Source: Anaeramoeba ignava BMAN (lineage: Eukaryota; Protista; Anaeramoebae). Taken from it: DNA of 48,942 bases. The stretch lies in contig JAPDFW010000049.1 in NCBI GenBank assembly GCA_028826165.1, positions 1-48,942 of the forward strand, given 5' to 3'. Positions 39,051 to 48,942 of this stretch are shown in pieces. A model generated the notes under the pieces. That model was not told the DNA's origin. It was given only the letters and a program-made list of their open reading frames with translations, and did not search any database. How positions within the stretch are numbered: position 1 is the first letter of the stretch; every line of letters begins with the position of its first letter. A program made the position numbers and the translations under genes.

Positions 39051-42000
39051 AATAATTTAATAAATAATTTAATAAATAATTTAATAAATAATTTAATTAA
39101 TAATTTAATTAATAATTTAATAAATAATTTAATAAATAATTTAATTAATAATTTAATTAATAATTTAATTAATAATTTAATTAATAATTTAATAAATAAT
39201 TTAATAAATAATTTAATAAATAATTTAATAAATAATTTAATAAATAATTTAATAAATAATTTAATAAATAATTTAATTAATAATTTAATTAATAATTTAA
39301 TTAATAATTTAATTAATAATTTAATTAATAATTTAATAAATAATTTAATTAATAATTTAATTAATAATTTAATTAATAATTTAATTAATAATTTAATAAA
39401 TAATTTAATAAATAATTTAATAAATAAATTAATTAATAATTTAATAAATAATTTAATAAATAATTTAATAAATAATTTAATTAATAATTTAATAAATAAT
39501 TTAATAAATAATTTAATAAATAATTTAATAAATAATTTAATAAATAATTTAATAAATAATTTAATAAATAATTTAATAAATAATTTAATTAATAATTTAA
39601 ATAATTTAATTAATAATTTAATAAATAATTTAATAAATAATTTAATAAATAATTTAATTAATAATTTAATAAATAAATTAATTAATAATTTAATAAATAA
39701 TTTAATTAATAATTTAATTAATAATTTAAAAAATTGATTCTAAATGTTATTTTCAATAATTTCAAGATTGAATTCTTATATCATTATCCAAAAAAAGCTT
39801 GAAAAAGAAAACAAGAATTAAAATGTAAATTATGAATTCGTAAAGAATAATCAGGATGAAAAAGGAAAAAGAAAACTGTAAATATATTGGATCAGAAAAC
39901 AAAAATCTTAATTAAAAAAACAAACTGAAAAAATAAAAAGAACATCATATATAATACTAATGAATTTAAATCAAAAATTCAAAAAACAAAATGGAAATTA
40001 TTCAAATCAAATTGGAAAAAGAAAAAGAATTAAAATGAAACATTTTTTGAAGATAAATTTTTTCTGTTGAAAATATACTAAAACAATATTAAAATTATTG
40101 GGTTTTGTTTTTAAAGAAGTTTTGATAAGAAATTTCATCTATTCTTTATTTTATTCATCAATTTATTATCAAAAATCAAATGTGGTTAAATTTGTTGGAT
40201 AGAAAAAAAAACAATTTTTAAATTGAACCTTTTTTCTTTATATTTATGAAATAAATCAATGAAATCATCAATAAAGAATAAGAATTACATAAATTTATTT
40301 AAAAATGGATTTTCAAATAAATTTAATATAATTAATTAATTATTATTTGATTATAAATAAAACAAATTATCTTCAAATTTTTTCCTTTTTTTAATAATTT
40401 GAAATAAGAAAATGTAAAAAAAAATATTTTAAAAAGATAAGAATTGGTTTATATTTTGATTAAAATGATTGTATTTGTGAATATTTATTAACTTAAGATT
40501 TAATGAAAATGATTTTAATTTTTTTATTTCCAAATATAAATAAATTTTAATTTAAATAAATCAAAAAGAAAATGAACTAATTTTTTGGAAGAATTTTCAA
40601 TAATTTCAAATAATATTATATTTAGAAATATTAATTAAAACATTGATTTATAAAAGAATATTTGTTTGATTCTTTGTTTTATAATTGAAATTAAATTAAA
40701 AAATGAAAAAAAATAATTTGCAATTTTCATTCCAATTTTCATTTTGATTTTTATTAAAATTATAAAAAGAATTTGGAAATAAAATCATTTATAAAATAAC
40801 AATAATTTAAAAAGAAATAAAGAGTTAAAAAACTTTCCAAAATTAATTAAATATTTTATATAAAAAAAACTTAAAGAAAAAAATAATTCAATAACTTTTT
40901 TAATTTTAAAGGATGAGTTCACTCTAAATCAATAAAAAAATTTCAATTTTCTTAAAATTATCTGAATATAATTTTTAATGCAAAATACTTATTCAATTTA
41001 ATTCAAAAATATGGATATTTGGTTTATTATAATAAAAATAATTAATATTAATTTTATTGTTTATTCTGAATAATAAATATTTGATAATATAATTAAATTG
41101 ATTCTTTAAATTATAAATTGTTAATGTTTATTTATTTAGATTTTAGTTTTAATGATTTCAATTTTAATATTTAAATTATCAATAATATTCATTTTCAATA
41201 AATATTAAATTAATTTGATTACTTTATTTCCATTATTTTAAATAATTTTAAATTATAATATATTTATAAATTTTAATTAAAATACTCTCTTAAAAAGAAT
41301 ATTTGTTTAATTTATTAATTTTAAATTAAAAATTATTTTAAAAACATTTAAATTAATTTTTCATTTTCATTTTATTTTTGATTCTTAATTTAAATTATAA
41401 ACAAAATTTGAAATTCAAATAATTTATAAAATAATAAGAATTCATAATAAAATGAGAAATTGAAAAAGTTTAGAAAATTAAATTAAAAAATTTTTTAAAA
41501 GAAACAAGAAAAAAAATGAAATTTTCTTTTTCCAATCAAAAAAAAAATAAATTAATTTTTTACAATTATTAATAAATAAAAAGTTGAGAACTGATTTTGG
41601 AATTTGAGATATTTTTATTTATTTGCAATTGTTTCAAACCAAGGAATTGTAAAAAAAAGCATTTTAGAAAACGAGAAAAAAACCAAAAAAAAAAAGAAAA
41701 AAAAGAAAAAGAAAAAATAAATTATTCCTTTAATATTTTATTTATAAGAAAATTGATTATGAATTCAAAAATATCTCTTAGATCTTTTTTTATTCATTAA
41801 TTAGATATAAATGATTAAAAAAAAGTGATAGGTTTATTTCACTAAAATTCCACAAAATTAGAAAAAAAAATAATTCAGTTTTCTTCAAATTCAAATTGAG
41901 TTAAGTTTCTCTCAATTCTAAACTTTAAATATAAATTTAAAGAATTCATAGACAATAAATCTAATCTTGAATTAAGTTTAAAACCTTTTTAAAATATGAA

Positions 42001-43049
42001 TAATTCTCAGAGAGTGAAAGAAAATCTAATTTGAAAAAAACCAAATTGAAAACTGGAGATTCAAAATTATTTTTATTTTTGAATTAAGATCATTAAATAA
42101 AAGAAATTTATTAATTAAATAATCATTCAAATGTATTGAAAAAAATCGTTATTTTTATTATCAAAAATTTGGGCAATTTCAGACTTTAGACAATTTCAGA
42201 TAAATTGAGATTGACCTCATATTTTTGATTTAAATCATTAAATTTAAGAAAATTATAATTATTTAAAAATAACCCTTTTTACCAAATTCATTAATCTGTG
42301 ATAAAATATTTTTTCATAAAAACAAAAGGAAAATTTAATTGAAAATTTGTGATATCAAAAAAAAATCAATTTTGATTTTAAATAAAATAAATAATTTATT
42401 TGAAATAAAACATCTCAATTTTGATTTAATCCAAAAAAGATTCCTCTTGACCTATTCATTTTTACTTATTGTGGATATTTGAAAAAAAAGTTGGCTATTT
42501 TTTATTATTATTCTGGATTTATAAAAAAAGTAAAATTAAAAATTGTGCAGTAAAATGTTTTTAAATTAAAAAATAAAGAAGATTTTGAAATTGAATAAAA
42601 AGTTAAACATATTGAAAAAAATTGATATTTCATTTAAGATGAAAAATAGACAATAGTAGGCAGTAGATCAAAATAGGCAAAATTCCTATTTCCAAATTCA
42701 ATTTGAAAAAAAAAATCAAAATAATAAAAATAATTTATCAAAAAAATTAAATTTAATTAATTAATAAGAAAGAAAGAAAGAAATTGAAAATATTCAATCT
42801 AATCAATAAAAAAAATATGATAAATAATATTTTAAATAAGATTAAAGAAATAATACAAAAAAAAAAGTAATTCTTTAAATTAAATTAAATTTAAAATTAA
42901 ATTAAAATTATTCAAATAAAAATAATAAATGAATAATTTATAAATAAAAGTGTTAATTATTCTTATTTAAAAATTTATAATAAAAAATAATAAATAAATA
43001 ATTTATAACAAGAAATATCAAAATTTTTCTTATTTTATAAAATTAGGAA

Positions 43050-46000
43050 ATAGATATAAATTTAAAAGAAAGAAAAATCAAATTAAATATAGAAATTCAA
43101 AAATATTAAATTAAAAATTAATTAAAACAAGATATTACAAATTTTAAATTTATATAAATTAATTATCAGAAAATCATTTCTTAATATATTTGAAATTATT
43201 AATAATATTATCAATTTTCATCTATTAGGAATTATTCAAAAATAAAAATAAAAATAATATATTAACTCTTTTTGAAATTTTAAAAATGAAAGGAATAAAA
43301 TATCAAATAAAAATATTCAAAATTTATTTAAAAATATTAAAAAGAAAGAAAAATTGAAATAATAAAAATGAATTAAATTCACAAAAATAAATCAATTCTA
43401 AATTTAAAATATAATTTATTTATTAATATTAATGAATTAAATAGAATAAATAAACTCAAAAATTAGAAATAAATTTAAAAATATATTTTAAAATAAAAAG
43501 AATAACAATTTCCATAATACAAGAAATAAATTTGAGAAAAAGAATGTATTTTGAAAAATTATTATTAATTTAAGAAATAAATCAAAAGAGAATAAAAATA
43601 TTTATCAAATAATATATATATAAGTAAATATACTCAATAAATTAACAATTATAATAAAAATATTAATATAAATTAAAATAGAAGAATTAAATGTTATTAG
43701 AGAATATATGAAATATATAAATCAATATCAAATTATGAATAAAATAAATTAAATAATTGAATAAAAATTAGGAAAGGAAATAAAAAATATAATAAGATGA
43801 GGATATTTTAATCAAAAATAAATAAAATTGAAAAACATTTGTGATTTAATACTCAAATCATATTTTAATATTCAAAATAATGTAATAAGAAATATAAATC
43901 ATTTTTGAAAATCAAAAATTAAATTAAAAATAAAAATTATCTCAAAAATAAAAATAAATATTAATCAAGAAGAAAAGAAAAAAAAAAAAAGAAATATTAT
44001 CAATCAATAAAATAATAATTTCAAGATATAATAATGAGAAGAATTGAGAAATCAAAAAAAAAATTTAAATCAGAAATCAATTCTCAATATTTCAATAATT
44101 AGAAATATAAAAAGATAATAAATTTAAGAAAAGAAAATTTATATAAATAAATATAAATAGATAAAAATTAAGATTGGAATTAATTTAACATAATTTAATT
44201 CAAAAAAAAATATTGATAAAAATATTTTGAGGAATAATAAATAGATAATAAAAATAGATAAATAAATTAATGAATTGAAAAGAAAAGAAAAAGAAAAGGA
44301 AAAGATATTATATTTAATAATAAATAAAAAATAATTTAAATAACTTATTGATGAAATTAAAATACAAGTTAAAGAATCAATATTTAAATAAAATAAAAAT
44401 AAAATAAAATAGAAAATAAAAATAATAATCATACAATTTGATATTAAATAAATTAAATAAATAATTCTTATAATAAATTAATAAAAATAATTTAAAATTC
44501 AAGAAATAGTTCAATTTATGAATATAATAAGATAAAAATTTATCAAAAATTATTATATTTATATTATATTATATTGAAAAAGAAAATTCAAAAAATATTA
44601 TTATTATCAATTTATTAAATAAATAAACAAGAATAATGAAAAGAATAAATAAAGAATATGAACCAAAAGTAATAAATTAAATGTTTTCAAGAAGAATTAT
44701 GTTTATCTATAAACAATTTATTAATAAGAATATTTATTATTATTATTTTGAAAAATATTTGAATAAATTAAATTATTATGAGAATATATCTTGTATAAAT
44801 AAATTGATTTAGAAAAATAATGAATATAAGAATAGAAATTTTAAAGTTAAAAATAAATTAATATAAATAAAATAACCTTTATATAATAAATATAAATATT
44901 CAAAAATATTTTGGATATAATTAATTAGAAAATTAATTATAAAAATTATTATCAAATTTCATCATCAATTATTATTATTATTATTTAAAACTTCTTAAAT
45001 AAATATTATAAAAGGTAAATAAATAGGAATAAATCAGAAAAAGAAATATTATTTATCCCTTTTTAATATTTAGAATGATTAATCATTTTATTATTGAAGA
45101 GATAAAATTTATTATTGATTATATGATTATATTGATATAAAAATTTTCATATATAGAAATTGTATTTAAAGTTCAAATAATATTAACAATTCTTGAAAAT
45201 TATGAATTAAAATCAAATAAAAATAAAAATAAAAATAAAAATAAAAAGGAAATATTAAATATCTTGAAATTATTCTTAATTCAAAAAATAAATATATTGA
45301 AAATAATATTCAGAAAAATTCAAAGAAAAAAAAAACAATTTTTTAATTAAGTAATTAATTAAGGTTTATAATCAATTTAAATAATATTTCAAATCATTTA
45401 TAAAATAATTATTTATAAAATAACAATTCTTATATAATTATATTATGTAACAAAAACCCTAATATTATTATTATTATTAAAAAGAAATAATATCAAATAA
45501 TAAATTTAATTGTTAATAAACATATTAAATCGATTTTATATAAAAATTAATTTATATTCATATATTTTGACTTTTGAATGAAATAAACATTTCTAATTTC
45601 ATAATTCAAATAAATATAAGAAGATAGAAAATAATAGAAAAAAATTAAAATAAAATTAGAAAATCTTAATTCAAGAAATTATATTCAATCTTTATAAATA
45701 AGATAGAAATAAGGAATACAAAATATTTCAAAATAATTCAAAGAATATTTATTTTTTAGAAAGATAAAAAGAAATTAGAATGAATCAAGGATAGAAAAAA
45801 AAATAATTTATTTAGAAATAATTAAATTATAAACCAAAAAAAAAATCAAAGAATAAAAAAATATCTAAAATATCAATAAAAAAAATATTATTCTTCTAAA
45901 ATTAATAATTTTCATAAATGGAATCAATAAATATACTTATTAAATGAAAAATAATAATATGAAATATATCTATATTATTTAAAGAAAAAGAAATATTAAA

Positions 46001-46560
46001 TTATTTTCTTTATTTGTAAATATTAAATTTATCAAGAAATAAGAAATAAATGAATAAAAATCAATTCATTCAATTAAATAAATAAACAAAAAAAAAACTA
46101 ATAAAAGAAATTAACAGAAGGTAAATATATGAAAAAATAAACAATAAAATATATTCAGAAGATATTTGAAATTATATCATAATTTATAGTTAATGGGAAA
46201 TAGAATATAATATAAGAAAGATGAATAGAAAATGAGAAATAATGAAGAAAATCAAATTAAAAATCAAATTCAATAATGAGAATAAAATTAATAAGATAAA
46301 TAATAAGGATAATTCTGGAAATAAAAACAAATTCAAAAATAAAAATAAATTCAAAGAAGAAAGAAAGATTCAAAGAAAATAAATTATAACAAAGAAAATA
46401 AATCTAAGAAAGGATACAAAGAATATTTGGAAATATTAATTAACAAAGATATCAGAATTAGAGTTAGAATCAAAATAATGAAAAGAATAATCAGAATATT
46501 ATACAGATTATTTGATAGATTATTCTTAATTGAAAGATTAAATAGAATATGATTATAAAA
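43050..46560 (+). pseudogene. Highly decayed non-LTR retrotransposon (LINE-like) ORF2 relic; boundaries approximate
   Basis: Collinear degenerate motifs: LSENHF 43163 (cf. APE LxETH), NKEYEPKVI 44648 (cf. KAxGPDGI), KIMNIRI ~44814, GINQKKKYYLSLFNI*ND 45026 (cf. GxxQGxxLSPxLFNIYxD), LENYELKSNKNK 45192 (cf. GLxxNxxK), IKYLEIILNS 45254 (cf. KYLGxxLD). Confidence 0.6.
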
Positions 46561-48942
46561 ATTAATTTAAAAATGAATTATTCCATTTTCCTTTATTTTC
46601 TTTTATCAAAATTACTCAAAAACATAAAAAAAAACATGTAGAAATCTCACTTATGATTTTCTTAATAAAATCAAAAATCAAAATCTTATTTGATATTTCC
46701 CCAATTTCAAATTAAATTAAATTAAATTAAATTAAATTTAGATTATTTTTTTTTCAAATGAACTAAATAAATATTATTTTATTTGGGAAATTTGTTTTTG
46801 TTTTTATTCAAAAGAAAAATCACAAAAAAAATGTTTATTTTTACATACTATTTTTTTTTCAAAATAAAATAAAAACAAATTTTCATTCAATAAATAATTC
46901 ATTTTTTTCAAAAAGAGAAAAAAAGAAAAGGAAAAAAAAGTAAATTTTGATTTTGATTTATTTTTACTTCCTATTATAAATAATTTAATATTATTCAATT
47001 CAAAATAAAAATTGATTATTTTTGATATTTATTATTTAAATAAAATAATTTTAATTTAATTTTTAAGAGGAAAGGATAAAATTATTTTCAAATTATTTGA
47101 ATTTGTAAAAATAAAAATTAATCTAATTAATCTAATCTAATTAAATTCAAAAAAAAAGTTGTTTATTAAATTGAAATGATTTTGAAATAATTTAGATTTT
47201 TGTTTTGATTTTTTTAAAAAGAATTGTTATTTCATTTTAATTTTAAAAATAAATTAATTTTTGGGTTTTGAAATAAAAATATTATTCCTCATTTTAATTT
47301 TATTTTTAATTTAGAAAATAATAATTTGTTATTTTGATATTATTTTTTAATTAAATTATATTTCCAAAAGAAAAATAATGTTTATTTATTATTTATTATT
47401 GTATTTTATTTTATTTTTCAAAATATGAACATGAAAAATAATATTTATGTAAAAAGAAAAAGAATCACTTTTGAAGTTATTTCACCTTGTAAAAGAAATT
47501 TATTCTTTTCAATGTTCAGATTTATTGATTTATTAAATAAAAATTTCCTCAAAAATAAAAATGAAAAATTTATATTGTTTTATTTGAAATAGATTATTGA
47601 TAAATCTTTTCTTTTAATTATTTAAATTAAAAATCAACTGGAGAAAAATTAATCAATCAAAAATTGAACTTAAATTTTTATTTGGGAATTTTGATTAAAA
47701 AATGGGATTAAAACTTTGAGAAAAAAATGAAAAAAAAATAAAAGAATTATTAGGGAAATTATTTATTGTTAATTTCAAAAATAAGAGAATAATTCTCTTC
47801 TTTTCAAAATTCTGGATAATTTTTATGTATTCAATTTTATTCAATTTTATTTTATTTGTTCATGTTAAAATCTCTCTTCAAAATAATAATAATGATAATA
47901 TAATCTATTTTCTTTACAAATCTAAAAAAGAATAAAGAAGATATATCAATAAATCAAGAATTAGAAAAGGAAGTAAAACAATTAACAGATAATCTTATAA
48001 ATGAAAGGAATCATAAAAATAATAATTCAATTTCCCAATACTTATTGAAAATTACAAAAAAAAATTATCATACATTCCAAAATCTTTTGTAGATGATTTA
48101 TTGAATTTTTATTTATTCTCAAAATTGATACATAATTTATCTCTCTCAATTATTCAAAATTTTTAAAAAGTTTTTTTTTTAATTGATTAGTTAATTATTC
48201 AGAATTAAAGTAAAATTTACTCTTTATAATTGATGAAATTAATGAACCTCATTTTTTATAAGAATAATTAACAGAAATTTTAAAAAAAAATGAATTAAAG
48301 TAAATTATCAAAGTATGAGATGAGGGAAATTAATTGATTAATAAAAATAAAAATATTTTTCTTTTCAAATTAATGGAAGAAAAAGTGGAAGATTGGAAGT
48401 TGAAATATCTTAAATATAAATAATAAATTTTGATAAAAATTCTTCCAGAATCAAATATTTAAGTGAATAATTAACAAAATAAATATATTTTCATATTTGA
48501 AAGTTTCATTGAAGATGATAATTTTTATGAATTTTTGGAGAATAATAATAATAATAACAATAATGAATAAAAAGAAATCAAGATAATATTCAAAATGAAA
48601 AATAAATGATAATCAAAAAGAGAAAAATGAAGAAAAGTAAGTTCTCAAAACCAAAATAATAAGTAACATTAATCAAATAATCTGAAAAATTGTTATTTCT
48701 TTATTTTATTTCTTTATTTTTCTTAAGTAATATTCATCATAAATCTATTGATTTATTGATTGATTATTTGTTGATAAAATAGAATAAAATTCTTGATGAA
48801 AAGGGATATTCTTCATTTCATAATTTTTCTGTTTCCCTTTAATTTTGAAGTATGATTTAAATGATTCCCAAAAATAATGAGAATATGAATAATTAAAATG
48901 TTTGAATCAAATTTTACATTTTAATTCTTTTTATTTTATGTT

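Larger units (their letters stand above)
35461..39727. repeat. 12-bp satellite (TTTAATWAATAA)n in three blocks (35461-35903, 36972-37980, 39051-39727)
   Basis: Reverse complement of the 421..1443 unit, split by two insertions. Confidence 0.95.
26025..42693 (-). mobile_element. Right copy of the large MULE-bearing element, with three nested insertions; right end tentative
   Basis: Inverted homology to 1..8785 over 26025..40160. Candidate far terminus 42657..42693 shares CCTATTTTGATCTACTGCCTA (21/21) in inverted orientation and also ends in GG. No TSD found. Confidence 0.65.

Noticed and set aside
47850-48830. Degenerate host gene fragments (e.g. SFVDDLLNFYLF, LDEKGYSSFH)
   Set aside because: Too short and interrupted to assign; no convincing exon boundaries.

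Overview
Extremely AT-rich eukaryotic DNA read in the standard genetic code, with spliceosomal GT-AG introns. The ENEN/KEKE/NSNS low-complexity proteins and one-repeat-per-exon ankyrin structure suggest an anaerobic protist such as Anaeramoeba, but that is inference only. The window is a nest of transposons around a very small piece of host gene. (1) Two copies of a large (~11 kb ancestral) element carrying a Mutator/MULE transposase lie in inverted orientation: <1..8785 and 26025..~42693. Their GGTAGGGG ends face each other and each abuts a (TATATT)n microsatellite. (2) Between them is a 14.7-kb IS630/Tc1-like element (9786..24452, perfect 30-bp TIRs, intact DD36E transposase). It carries a large spliced cargo gene of unknown function with a CCHC-type knuckle, plus several satellites. 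(3) A single 96-bp ankyrin-repeat exon follows at 25199..25294 (-). (4) Only the right MULE copy has secondary insertions: an intact 2.46-kb Sola-like DDD transposon replacing 530 bp, and two near-identical 1.07-kb internally deleted PIF/IS5-family elements with AAT TSDs in a 12-bp satellite. (5) Beyond 43 kb is an almost erased LINE-like ORF2 whose motifs show G>A/C>T-type decay. No RNA genes or CRISPR arrays were seen. Most other ORFs in the supplied track are microsatellite shadows.
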